Shown in pieces: positions 7,419 to 16,778 of a DNA stretch of 25,431 nt (the first letter of the stretch is position 1; every line of letters starts with the position of its first letter). The notes under the pieces are model-generated. The model worked only from the letters and a program-made list of their open reading frames with translations, ran no database searches and was not told the DNA's origin. This stretch comes from a virus. Its lineage: Duplodnaviria > Caudoviricetes. The stretch covers positions 1-25,431 of IMG/VR virus record IMGVR_UViG_3300012919_001529, one strand, 5' to 3'. Made by a program: the position numbers and the translations under genes.

Positions 7419-7905
7419 AATCAACCTGTTCGCATTGTCTTGAAATGTCTTTAACAAAATAAGCACATATGGGTTTAGAACCATTCTTCAATGGAACTGC
7501 CAGCATCTGTCCCGATTTAATTTTAGGAAAGTACCATTTAACTTCTGTGTATATGTCAACAACATCTATGGGCATAAAGTCTGGTTTGCTACTTGATAAG
7601 GGATTGAAAGTGAAAGCATCAAACCCTCTGTCGTTTAAACTTGTAATTGGTAACACATGCATCTCAGATTGCCCGGCCTCTCCTATCAGCATCTTCCAAT
7701 CAAGAGGCATTTTTATTTTGTAATCACCTATTTCTAGTACCGCCGCCGGCGCATTGAAACTTTCTAAAAATATTAATGGTATGTAAAAGAAGTCAGGATT
7801 CGCTGGGTCTGAGTTATCAAGAACTGCAAACCGTAGGTTCTCATCCACCCATTCCGGTATCTTTTCTAAAGTGTAGGTTCTATTATCCAGTGTAAGGATT
7901 TTCAT
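7402..7905 (-). CDS. Hypothetical protein, possible degenerate stand-alone Hint/intein-like fold
   Basis: 167-aa ORF coupled to UvsW; strand pattern resembles Hint blocks B and F but the catalytic residues are absent. CDS is confident; fold is tentative. Confidence 0.7.
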   Translation of the reverse strand: MKILTLDNRTYTLEKIPEWVDENLRFAVLDNSDPANPDFFYIPLIFLESFNAPAAVLEIGDYKIKMPLDWKMLIGEAGQSEMHVLPITSLNDRGFDAFTFNPLSSSKPDFMPIDVVDIYTEVKWYFPKIKSGQMLAVPLKNGSKPICAYFVKDISRQCEQVDYGSVW

Positions 7906-9349
7906 AATCTATCTTCTCTATATTATACGGGTAATTTGCCTCTTTGTAAAACTTTTTCCTTGCACCAAGGTGTCTTTTTGCAAACTTGCAACTGCTGGTA
8001 ATGTCCCAAATTTGTACGTTCTCTTTATCTTCTGCTTTACGGATGCCTCGTCCTATGCTCTGGATTACTCTTACGAAAGATTTCCCAGGTTCAATAAGAA
8101 CAAGATTGAATATCCGAGGAATATTAATTCCAACGGATGCGACGCCATATGTCGCAATAATAATTTTGTTTTGTGTTGTAGACACCTCATCGTAGTGTTC
8201 TTTCCTTTCTAAATTTTTTGTTGATCCCGAAATAAACACAGAATCTTTTAATTTTTTATTGAGTATTTCGCCCGCGGATATTCTGTCTACTAAAATTAAG
8301 GTGTTCCCCGAAGTTGAAATATCTTTTATTGTGTTCGCCACCCAGTTCATTCTGGTGCTATCCGTAGTTAGCCATTTCAGTTCTTCTGCATAGGTTTTGA
8401 ACTGCGGGTGGTCTTGTGTCTGCAGAACATTCACATGACAGTTCGCGAGGACGCCCTTGTCTTGTAATTCACTTGCTTGTATCCTGTTTGCTACTTCACC
8501 TATGCTACATTTCAATCCCATGAATTCATAGTCTGCTTTTGGCACAGTGCCTGTAAGTCCCCAACGTATACCACAGTGTGCAAACGGACCTGTCAGTAAT
8601 CTTTTGAGAACATCTGCTTTCGCCATGTGAACCTCGTCAATTATTACAGTCTGGATTCCGTCACAAAACTCTTTGAATTCTGTGCTGTGTTCATTTTTTG
8701 CTTTCTTCTCCAGTACATTGAGGCTTTGCCATGTTGCTATTGTGTTATATCTTCCAACTTCTTTTCTATCCCCGTAATACACTCCTGTGTCGAGATTACA
8801 AGCAAGGAAGTCTTCTTCGGTCTGCGTCACAAGACTCTTGTTTGGAACAATGGTTATCGTTCTTCCATATGGTTCTACTAGTTGACACAACGCCGCTGTG
8901 ATTATGGTCTTGCCTGCCCCGGTGGCTATTTCTTGTATGCTTTGGGGGTTTTCGATAAACTTGTTTATTGTTTCAACTTGATAGTCTCTCAACTCTATAG
9001 GTTGTCCTGCACATGGATGTTTGTCAGGCCATTTTATGTGTGACAAGTAATTTTTGTCCACCTCTTGAAATTCAAAGTCGTGCTTGTGGCGTTGGTCGAC
9101 AACATCAATGTAGACACCGCCTTCGTCCAGTATTGGAATAATTTGGTCCACCAGGTTGAGATATGTCGTACCACCTAATCCAAAGAATGATACCTTACCA
9201 TCCCATCTGCCTAATTTTACCGCCGGCAGGTGTCTGGCATATGGTATTTCATATTTGAACTTGTTTGATAATCTTTTGCGCCATTCGAGAGATAAATTCT
9301 CAAACTTCACATTTACTTCGTCTTTTATAACTAATTTACAACTACTCAT
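7883..9349 (-). CDS. uvsW: UvsW-like SF2 DNA helicase
   Basis: Q motif LRDYQ, ATGAGKT, DEVH, GLTGT, GINIP, QSIGRGIR, WDGK N-terminal motif. Confidence 0.9.
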   Translation of the reverse strand: MSSCKLVIKDEVNVKFENLSLEWRKRLSNKFKYEIPYARHLPAVKLGRWDGKVSFFGLGGTTYLNLVDQIIPILDEGGVYIDVVDQRHKHDFEFQEVDKNYLSHIKWPDKHPCAGQPIELRDYQVETINKFIENPQSIQEIATGAGKTIITAALCQLVEPYGRTITIVPNKSLVTQTEEDFLACNLDTGVYYGDRKEVGRYNTIATWQSLNVLEKKAKNEHSTEFKEFCDGIQTVIIDEVHMAKADVLKRLLTGPFAHCGIRWGLTGTVPKADYEFMGLKCSIGEVANRIQASELQDKGVLANCHVNVLQTQDHPQFKTYAEELKWLTTDSTRMNWVANTIKDISTSGNTLILVDRISAGEILNKKLKDSVFISGSTKNLERKEHYDEVSTTQNKIIIATYGVASVGINIPRIFNLVLIEPGKSFVRVIQSIGRGIRKAEDKENVQIWDITSSCKFAKRHLGARKKFYKEANYPYNIEKIDYENPYTG

Positions 9350-9350
9350 T

Positions 9351-10700
9351 CTAAAGTTTTACTATAACACGATCATGCCAATCCCAACTGCTTGGCTGAT
9401 AGTCACTATAATACAACTTTTTTGGAAGATTTTCAAGTAATCTTTTTAAATTGTCTGTGCCTGTGGAATAATGGCCTCCACCTATGGCAACCAAAGATGC
9501 TTTTGGTTTTACCTTGCTTTTGATCAACGCTCTCGGTATTCTGTTACGTACGAAAATTACTTTGGTGTTGTCATTTATCAATTTGAATTGTTTGCTCATC
9601 TGATGCAATTCATAAAGGTTCTGAAAGAATTCTTCAGGCTTTTGGTTGTCAACTAGCCAATGTTTTTGGTCTGAGAATTTATCGATGTCTTTTTTGTACA
9701 TTGGTTCTTTTATATCGAACCCCCACGAACAGTCGTTCAGTATATCTATATTATGAGATTTAAAAACATTTAACCACTCCCAGCAATTCCTTACGTCCTC
9801 TTCCATATGTATATCTCCGCTTACAGGCATCAACAAAGGGAAACAGTCTAACTCTAATAGTCCTTTGACAACTTCGTGTTTCGCAAAAGTTTTTGAATCT
9901 ATCCATAGTTGCGGATTGTTGTTATGGGCTATCTTTTTTGCAATAATGTTTTGTGCAGGCACATCCAATCCGTTTGATTTTATGCCAAAGTTCTTCAATG
10001 AGTCTATTTGATGTAACGCCGGTTTGTCTTTTAGATTGTTGTCCCAATATTCCTGTAACGTTTCTGGTGCATCGTTCAAAACAACTTCACCACCCACTAG
10101 TCTTGCTGTTGGTTTCCTGTGGCCTGTTATTTCTTTTTTAATCTCATCGTAGTCGTTCAATAGACTATCATCGCTGAATTTGAAATCGTATCTTACTGCG
10201 ATCAACGTCAGGTAGTAAGCAGTGACGTCGGTGTGTAGGAAAGTCCATTTTTTAGCCTCACCATCATACTGTGCATACATTCCAGGCAGGCCACGTTTGT
10301 CTTTGACACATCTAATTAACTGTATTACTTTCTTATTGTATGGAAACCGCATTTCTATTTTTGTTACATTGTCATCGTCAATGTATTTCTCAATGATTTT
10401 ATCGAAACTAATCACACGAAATTCTTCGTCATACTTGGGATTATCTAGTAAGTCCTTTATGTCCATTCCGTGTGCTTGGAATTTGGTTAGGTACCTTTTG
10501 AGGATAACCAGGGCCAATCGTGCCTGCTTTTCAGTCCAAGCATACTGAGATTCTGCCAGTGATTTAACTGTTGATAGATCTTTGGGGTGTGGCTTAATTA
10601 CTGCCGTATTTCCTATCTTAGAAGAATCTGCCCAAAAATAATCATTATATGCTAGTATTTTGAGTGCTTCGTTTATTGTTTTTGGTAAATCTGTGTGCAT
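9351..10700 (-). CDS. Hypothetical protein with a HARP-like segment
   Basis: 449 aa; TEKQ motif, then FPYNKKVIQLIR...YD...KKWTF resembling HARP; first gene after the sigma70 promoter. Confidence 0.7.
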   Translation of the reverse strand: MHTDLPKTINEALKILAYNDYFWADSSKIGNTAVIKPHPKDLSTVKSLAESQYAWTEKQARLALVILKRYLTKFQAHGMDIKDLLDNPKYDEEFRVISFDKIIEKYIDDDNVTKIEMRFPYNKKVIQLIRCVKDKRGLPGMYAQYDGEAKKWTFLHTDVTAYYLTLIAVRYDFKFSDDSLLNDYDEIKKEITGHRKPTARLVGGEVVLNDAPETLQEYWDNNLKDKPALHQIDSLKNFGIKSNGLDVPAQNIIAKKIAHNNNPQLWIDSKTFAKHEVVKGLLELDCFPLLMPVSGDIHMEEDVRNCWEWLNVFKSHNIDILNDCSWGFDIKEPMYKKDIDKFSDQKHWLVDNQKPEEFFQNLYELHQMSKQFKLINDNTKVIFVRNRIPRALIKSKVKPKASLVAIGGGHYSTGTDNLKRLLENLPKKLYYSDYQPSSWDWHDRVIVKL

Positions 10701-10733
10701 TTTATCCTGGCGTTTTTTGATAATTACTAGTAT

Positions 10734-10761
10734 ATTATAGCATAATTGGTAATATAGTCAA
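10734..10761 (-). promoter_or_regulatory. Sigma70-type promoter TTGACT-16-TATAAT with extended -10 (TGc)
   Basis: -35 at 10761-10756, TGCTATAAT with the -10 at 10739-10734; upstream of the HARP-like/UvsW/mini-DnaE operon. Confidence 0.7.
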
Positions 10762-10763
10762 CC

Positions 10764-11237
10764 ATGAAAAAGAAAACAGTATTAAAAGGCAAGGCAAAAA
10801 ACCTTAAAAAACAGTTCAAAAGAACTTTGACGGTAAAAGAAAGTGTGATTGGATACAAGCCAACACCCTTGGTTGCCGCACACTGGTTCAGAAAACTTAA
10901 CACTATCTTGTTTGGTAACAGATTAAGTGGGTGTGAAATAAGGATTAATAAACTTCATCACGACTGGGGAAGATGTGTTGCCGACTGGGACAACAGACAT
11001 TGTAGGAAAGGGACCTTCAATCAGAAGGTAATTCCATATCACAAAACAGAAGTGTATTACAGAATTGAACTACATTGTAAATTTCCTAAATGGAAAGACT
11101 TCATTGAAACCTTGGCACACGAAATGGTGCACCTATATCAGATGCAAGTTATGAAAGATCCTTATTCAAATCATAACGCAAACTTTTACGCCTTCAGAGA
11201 AAAATTTAATGCTGTTGGTTTAAGACTGTATCGTTAA
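10764..11237 (+). CDS. SprT-like zinc metalloprotease
   Basis: F..LN...F...L, WG.C, TLAHEMVHLYQ (HExxH) and downstream H...F third-ligand region. Confidence 0.85.
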   Translation: MKKKTVLKGKAKNLKKQFKRTLTVKESVIGYKPTPLVAAHWFRKLNTILFGNRLSGCEIRINKLHHDWGRCVADWDNRHCRKGTFNQKVIPYHKTEVYYRIELHCKFPKWKDFIETLAHEMVHLYQMQVMKDPYSNHNANFYAFREKFNAVGLRLYR

Positions 11238-11961
11238 ATTCTTTATAACTTATAACTCTGCTGTTTCCTAAATTTGTTCCGGTCTGCAAGTGATTCATGA
11301 ACACGGGTGGATTGTCATGTACAACTGTGTAGTTCACGTAAGGTCTCATCTTCAGCATATCCCTGAATTGCTTTAGCCAACCCTCGAAAATTTTGTCGTC
11401 GTTACGCTCACCATAAAAGTCTGTGTTCTGATAGATGTTGTTAAGTTGTGCTTTGCCATATTCCCTGAAATCGAATCCTATCAAATAAATGTTTTTGTGA
11501 CCATGCACACCCGCTGTCCAGAAAGCCGCGTTGCCTGATATCCAATGAGGGTTATTTGGAATCAGGTGTAACATACCTTTGTTCTGTTTTCTATTAACTT
11601 CTAGTGCTGGTGCATAGTGTATAGTTTTAAGACCCACTTCATCTTCACACATTTTTACTGTCATTTTCATATCAACCGAAAATATAAAATCAGGCATGAA
11701 ATCTCTATACAATGCATTACATCCATATGTTTGTCCTGTTACTTTTAATGTGTTAAGGTCAAAACCTTTCCGTGAAGGACCGTTTCCTATGATGTATGCG
11801 TTGCCACGTGGTACTGCTCTAACTTTGTCTTCGAAAAATGCAGTTTCCTGTATACGTTTACCTTTTCGAATTATGGTATTTACTATCACGGTCTCACCAG
11901 CGTATGGCTTCCACTCTATTGGTTTTATCTCTGGCTTTCCGAGTATTATAGTTTTCATCAT
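11206..11961 (-). CDS. Maf/DUF115- or CstII(GT42)-like glycosyltransferase-fold protein
   Basis: IIGNGPSR, YGCNALY, PD...VD, SG..A, KNIYLIGFDF. Confidence 0.72.
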   Translation of the reverse strand: MMKTIILGKPEIKPIEWKPYAGETVIVNTIIRKGKRIQETAFFEDKVRAVPRGNAYIIGNGPSRKGFDLNTLKVTGQTYGCNALYRDFMPDFIFSVDMKMTVKMCEDEVGLKTIHYAPALEVNRKQNKGMLHLIPNNPHWISGNAAFWTAGVHGHKNIYLIGFDFREYGKAQLNNIYQNTDFYGERNDDKIFEGWLKQFRDMLKMRPYVNYTVVHDNPPVFMNHLQTGTNLGNSRVISYKEFNDTVLNQQH

Positions 11962-12452
11962 TAAAAATAGTTAAGGTTAAAAACAACTCTGTAAGGAGCA
12001 TCGCATGAGTTTGTTGTACCAAAATGTTCTAGGCTTCCTTTAAAGGTAATAAGTCTGTTTGCCACACTGTCTACCTTTTCACCTGTTGCAAATTTCGTGT
12101 ATCCGTTATTCGTGTTGAGATATAATATCGCTGTCTTAAGGTCATTTGGCGGATTTTCTATATCTATGTGAGAATGGTGCTCTATTATTTCTTCGGTCCT
12201 GTGTAATAAGTTTATTTTGGCTCTCACTAGTGACACTATGTTTAGTTTCTCTTTAAATATTTCTAAGCCTCCCAGCGTGAAAGAACTGTTAAAAGTGTCA
12301 TTCTTATACATTAGATGTGTGAACATAATACCACTGTCATCTCCCTTGTAACTTACTCCATGGTTGAGATACCAAGGAAAGTCTGCAGACAGTACAATGT
12401 TTTGTAAGTCTCGAAAGTCATTTTTATCTAAAAAATTGTCAATTATTTTCAT
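11961..12452 (-). CDS. 2OG-Fe(II) oxygenase
   Basis: Start at 12452 (ATGA overlap, GGAGG SD). IIDNFL, FPW, HID, ILYLN..NGYT, NRL..F.G...H, R.V.N.NY. Confidence 0.85.
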   Translation of the reverse strand: MKIIDNFLDKNDFRDLQNIVLSADFPWYLNHGVSYKGDDSGIMFTHLMYKNDTFNSSFTLGGLEIFKEKLNIVSLVRAKINLLHRTEEIIEHHSHIDIENPPNDLKTAILYLNTNNGYTKFATGEKVDSVANRLITFKGSLEHFGTTNSCDAPYRVVFNLNYF

Positions 12453-13321
12453 TTGAGATATTTCTCCTCCAGTCTTTTCTTCAACCTTGACCATGGCAGT
12501 CCTGCTTCTATTTCTTCCTTGAACCATTCGGTGTAACTCAACCAATTTGCCCATTTTGATCTGTTAGGCATGGCCGGTGTGTTTATATCTGCCAGACTTG
12601 TGTTTCCTACATCATGGCACAGGCTAGATTCTGAAACAAAAACTGGTACGCCTCTGATCACGGCTTCCATTGCAGGATTCGAACTGTGGTTTACAACTGC
12701 CCATGTTCGTTCCAATGTCATTTTAAAGTCTGTGTCGTCATATGTTTTATAATCTCTTCTAGGCAGTCTCAATTTAACATTTTCAAAATCACTTTCCTTG
12801 AATTGTATAAGGTTTCTAGGGTGTGGCCTTACTAATATCGGTCTTGTGGTGTATTTCCTTATTTCTCGGATCTGCTTCACTATCCATTGTTCCATTCTTG
12901 GCAGTCCTTTCCATTGTTCTGATGCATCGTGTTGTCCACATATTACAATCATCTCTCCGGTGGGATTCCACGGTGTCAGTTTGTGTTTGAACAGTGGCCA
13001 ACGTTTGTCGTCAAAGGTCTGATTGGCAAAATCTGCATCTCTATTGATACCATTAATGCCAATTTTGAAACTGTGATTCCTCCTCAATCCGCCAACCTCT
13101 ATTACTATTACAGGGAGGCCCTTACTCCTATATTCATTCCAAATCTTTTTGTACTGCTCCATTCTTCCCCGCCATAATACGCTCCATATAACTGCCACGT
13201 CAGCATTTGTTGACTTGTTCAATACTACTTGATCACCTGCATCTCTGACACTTTTTATAAATGCATCAAATATAGGTTTGGAATTCAGAGGTCCATATTC
13301 TGTCCATATTTCTAGTTTCAT
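12449..13321 (-). CDS. KpsC/KpsS-like (capsule polysaccharide biosynthesis family) glycosyltransferase paralog 1
   Basis: E.G, GQ...S, VRPHP, VNHSS..A.EA...GVPVF, R..W...L.Y..W...E...G. Confidence 0.62.
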   Translation of the reverse strand: MKLEIWTEYGPLNSKPIFDAFIKSVRDAGDQVVLNKSTNADVAVIWSVLWRGRMEQYKKIWNEYRSKGLPVIVIEVGGLRRNHSFKIGINGINRDADFANQTFDDKRWPLFKHKLTPWNPTGEMIVICGQHDASEQWKGLPRMEQWIVKQIREIRKYTTRPILVRPHPRNLIQFKESDFENVKLRLPRRDYKTYDDTDFKMTLERTWAVVNHSSNPAMEAVIRGVPVFVSESSLCHDVGNTSLADINTPAMPNRSKWANWLSYTEWFKEEIEAGLPWSRLKKRLEEKYLK

Positions 13322-14241
13322 CAGTTTCCTTGTTTTCCTTTTGCAACTTTGCTCACTATGTCCTCTGCCTGTTTAGGATCAAATTTTATACCACCAAAGG
13401 GATCATAAGATTCTACATTTTGCCAATATGATTCCTGTCGGTCACCACGTAGATCACTTTTACTACTCTTGCCCTTGACTTTTCTTTTGCCTTTCATGTG
13501 GTCAATGTATGCTCCCAACACGCTGTTAATGAATACGTGATGTCCTTTTGCGCCTGCACCTTTTCCTATATCTTGTCCATCTGTGGGTGCAATTCGTTTT
13601 ATACACTGCCAGAATAGATAACTGTCATGCCACTCTAGTTCTTTGAATATTGTGTCGTTAATATACATGTCTGTCCAATACTTCATAAATTGGTCAACTT
13701 TGGGGTGTTTTGTGTTGTAGCATACCCATCCACACTCTGGATATTTCTCTCCACGTCCTAAAAAATTTACAAGTTTTGTTTCGGGCAAAAGGTCCACAAC
13801 AAATTCTTTTGTAATTGGTCTGAATGTGTACGTATCGGCATCTAGCCATAAAACATAGTCTGTTCCTGCATTTTTAATTGCATGATCAACAGCAAAAGTT
13901 TTATGAGCAAATCTCACAGCGTCCCAAAGGTAAGAACCTTTTCCTTTATCGTTTTTGCCAGCACTGGGATCTCTCCTTACTCCTCCTGCTATCTCTGTTA
14001 CTTCACCGTTCGCCACCGGGTCGTCTTTGTGTCTTTGTTTGAACTTGACTAGTTCAGGATTGACTTCTTCTATATTGATATACTTAACTTTGTTGTGTTC
14101 CAAGTCTGGCTTATCTCCTTCGTGATATGCATGAAGCATGACGTCATTGGGCCAAAAGTCAATATGACTTTGTAGCATTCTTTTAGCATACGCATTCCAT
14201 CTGTTAGGCGGAAACGTTGTAACAACGGTCAATGTTTTCAT
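13321..14241 (-). CDS. GT-A fold glycosyltransferase
   Basis: WDAVRFAHK, VLWLDADT (DxD), ECG, EWHDS, DHMKG.RK. Confidence 0.72.
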   Translation of the reverse strand: MKTLTVVTTFPPNRWNAYAKRMLQSHIDFWPNDVMLHAYHEGDKPDLEHNKVKYINIEEVNPELVKFKQRHKDDPVANGEVTEIAGGVRRDPSAGKNDKGKGSYLWDAVRFAHKTFAVDHAIKNAGTDYVLWLDADTYTFRPITKEFVVDLLPETKLVNFLGRGEKYPECGWVCYNTKHPKVDQFMKYWTDMYINDTIFKELEWHDSYLFWQCIKRIAPTDGQDIGKGAGAKGHHVFINSVLGAYIDHMKGKRKVKGKSSKSDLRGDRQESYWQNVESYDPFGGIKFDPKQAEDIVSKVAKGKQGN

Positions 14242-15224
14242 TACAGACCCAACCTTTGCTTGAATCTTTTGTACACAGTACCATCCTTAATTTCTTTTAT
14301 GCTCCACATCTTGTAGCCAAGATCGTTTACCCATTGTGTTCTATCAGGATATTCAGGAGTTTCTATTTTAGATAGATCTTTGTTTGCTACAGGCCAACAA
14401 ATTGCAAGATCGCTTGTAACAAAGGTAGGGATTCCACGAATGCAAGAGTCGACGCTGGCAGTAGAATTGTGAGTAACAAAAGCATGACAATTATTTAAAG
14501 CCTCTTGGAAATGGAATCTATAATGCTTTTTCTCATCTCCTATGAAATGTTTTTGTGTGAATTGTATTTCTACATCGTCCGGGAGTTCTGCACTGCGTCC
14601 ATCGATGTTTGCCACATTGTTTGGATGTGGTCTCACAATAAATTTTCTTTTAGTAAGTGGTCTCAGTTTTTCATAAACATTGTTGAACCAATCAATAGGA
14701 TCGAGCTCGTTCATACTCCAATTGTCTTTTGGTTGTAGTCCAAATAGTATAGGGTCATCCGGATTGGATTTCCTCCATGGTTCGTATCGCACCTTGAATT
14801 TCTTCACCATCATTTCCCAACGATCACTGGGACTGTTATCTGACAAGAAGTCACCGTCGTTCATAGGAGTGTATAACGAAACCCTAAAATGATGATCTGG
14901 AGATGTTGATACATTTCCAAAACTTGACAGCAATCCACCATCAAATGTGATTAAAGGAATTTTTTTTGCTCTACAGTTGTTTGCAAGTTCCCTGCGTCTT
15001 CCTTTTGTATGGTGCATCTGTCTATCACCACCGTAACCAAACATTGCCGCCATGGGGGCAGTTGGCATCATTTCACCTTCGACAGTTGGCCCTGTCATGT
15101 GTTCATTTACTATGATTGCTTCATCGCCTGCGGCTTCTATGCCTTCTTTTAAGTGATACAAAAGGTCATAACTGTTTCCACGCTTACGATCTTTGACAGT
15201 TCTTCTAAATATTTCAACTTTCAT
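14241..15224 (-). CDS. KpsC/KpsS-like glycosyltransferase paralog 2
   Basis: D.G, LQ..D, VRPHP, VTHNST..VDS...GIPTF, R.QW...L.Y..W...E...G. Confidence 0.62.
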   Translation of the reverse strand: MKVEIFRRTVKDRKRGNSYDLLYHLKEGIEAAGDEAIIVNEHMTGPTVEGEMMPTAPMAAMFGYGGDRQMHHTKGRRRELANNCRAKKIPLITFDGGLLSSFGNVSTSPDHHFRVSLYTPMNDGDFLSDNSPSDRWEMMVKKFKVRYEPWRKSNPDDPILFGLQPKDNWSMNELDPIDWFNNVYEKLRPLTKRKFIVRPHPNNVANIDGRSAELPDDVEIQFTQKHFIGDEKKHYRFHFQEALNNCHAFVTHNSTASVDSCIRGIPTFVTSDLAICWPVANKDLSKIETPEYPDRTQWVNDLGYKMWSIKEIKDGTVYKRFKQRLGL

Positions 15225-16023
15225 TAAGCATTCTCCAAGCAGTGCCGTCTGCCATTTCTTGTAGTGTCCAGTTATTATATGCTAAACTTGAAAATAATGC
15301 AATCCTGTCACCATATACTGGCGTTTCTATCTTGCTAAAATCGGTTTCTGAAATTGGTGCGGCGCCACTATTCACAGGGTCACAAAATACAGGCACGCCA
15401 TTTGTCAAACTGGCCACCATGGTGTTGGAATTATATGTCACCATTGCATGGTAATCACTCCAATTAATTTCACCTTTATGAACGGTCTTTGTTTCGATCT
15501 TTACGGTCGCACCAACATGATCCTTACCAACTATTGGGTTGTAAGGTTTCTCTCTAATGTCTATTTCTCTGTCTGTGTTTTCTTTCAGTGTTTTGATTGT
15601 TTTGTCGAGCCAGTCTGTTACATTAAAAAAATTTGCTATTGCATTTGTTGGAGGCAGTACTAAAATCTTCCTGCCTTTTTTCCACGGTTTGATATCTTCT
15701 TTGAAATTCTTTTCATAACGATCAGTTGGTCTGTTTTGCAAAACGTTCTGGCAGTGTTTATTTTTTGTTATCCTTAACCAGTGCGGGGGAACATGAGCAT
15801 TTGTGAAATACCCGTGATCCATAAAATAGAAATTTTTATTTGCCTTTTCACAATCTTTGTATACCTCTCCAGACCCTGCTAGTATTCCGTACATGGTCAA
15901 GTCTTCTGCAGGCAGTCCTTTAAGTTGCCGAAAATGATAAATCGTGCCCTGTCCGGATCCTTTTACGAAAGCATCAATATATCGTTGTGTCCTTGGTTTG
16001 GTAGTGTGTATGCCTGACAGCAT
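15214..16023 (-). CDS. KpsC/KpsS-like glycosyltransferase paralog 3
   Basis: DHGYF, RI.KN, VLPP, IREKP, VTYNSN...S...GVPVF, R...F..LAY..W...E...G. Confidence 0.58.
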   Translation of the reverse strand: MLSGIHTTKPRTQRYIDAFVKGSGQGTIYHFRQLKGLPAEDLTMYGILAGSGEVYKDCEKANKNFYFMDHGYFTNAHVPPHWLRITKNKHCQNVLQNRPTDRYEKNFKEDIKPWKKGRKILVLPPTNAIANFFNVTDWLDKTIKTLKENTDREIDIREKPYNPIVGKDHVGATVKIETKTVHKGEINWSDYHAMVTYNSNTMVASLTNGVPVFCDPVNSGAAPISETDFSKIETPVYGDRIALFSSLAYNNWTLQEMADGTAWRMLNES

Positions 16024-16778
16024 TATATTCTGTTTTCCCTGACATCGAACATCTTACGCTTGGCGGCTCGGTTGAACTCTGCGATGATGTTAACACTTCG
16101 CCTGTGCAGTGTTGCATTCTGTCTAGCAGATACGCCGTGTACACATTTTGTTGAGTTATTACAAAAAGCAACTACTGTGTTTGCTTTGTATGGCACTGTC
16201 TTTACTATTTCGCCTGCCTTGTCGCCAACTGCCCTACCACCATTTTTATTCACCTCATGTATATGCTTATCTGTCTTGTATATTTGAAATTCACCGCCTG
16301 TGCTTAGGTCATCTTTGTAAGGCATGTAAAGTAATGCCGCATAAATTTCCCTAGGATTGTCTATGTGAGGAGTCCTCGAACTGAAGTCGATGGGTTTGTG
16401 CATGACAGTTTGACAGTCAGTGCCAATCCAGTCATCGCCCTTATCCCAACCTCTTGGACTTAGAGTATTTTCTAAATTTTCTATGTGTGGCACAAGATCA
16501 CCAAATGCTTCTTGCATCTCTTTGTAAAAAGAAGAAGACGTGTGGTACTCGGTGAATTCTCTCCATATGTTGGCAACTTTTCCTGGCTTCAACATTTGAT
16601 CTGCCTTAAGTCTATGACATATGCCCTTGTCAAAAGGTTCCGTTTCCAGAAGTTGATCCTTGGGCCATTCTCTTTCGAGACTATCATATATGTCTTGCGG
16701 CAGTGCGTCCTCAATTACAAAATGCGGATAAGGTTCTAGGACTAACGTTGGTTTTTTCTGTAGTATTGAAATTTTCAT
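16023..16778 (-). CDS. 2OG-Fe(II) oxygenase
   Basis: PYPHFVIEDALP, PHID, LLY, GGEF, PY..N..V.F, HGVS.R, RRSVN. Confidence 0.85.
   Translation of the reverse strand: MKISILQKKPTLVLEPYPHFVIEDALPQDIYDSLEREWPKDQLLETEPFDKGICHRLKADQMLKPGKVANIWREFTEYHTSSSFYKEMQEAFGDLVPHIENLENTLSPRGWDKGDDWIGTDCQTVMHKPIDFSSRTPHIDNPREIYAALLYMPYKDDLSTGGEFQIYKTDKHIHEVNKNGGRAVGDKAGEIVKTVPYKANTVVAFCNNSTKCVHGVSARQNATLHRRSVNIIAEFNRAAKRKMFDVRENRI

Noticed and set aside
7402-7905. Active intein or mobile element
   Set aside because: No N-terminal Cys/Ser, no terminal His-Asn, no homing endonuclease motif; UvsW is complete without it
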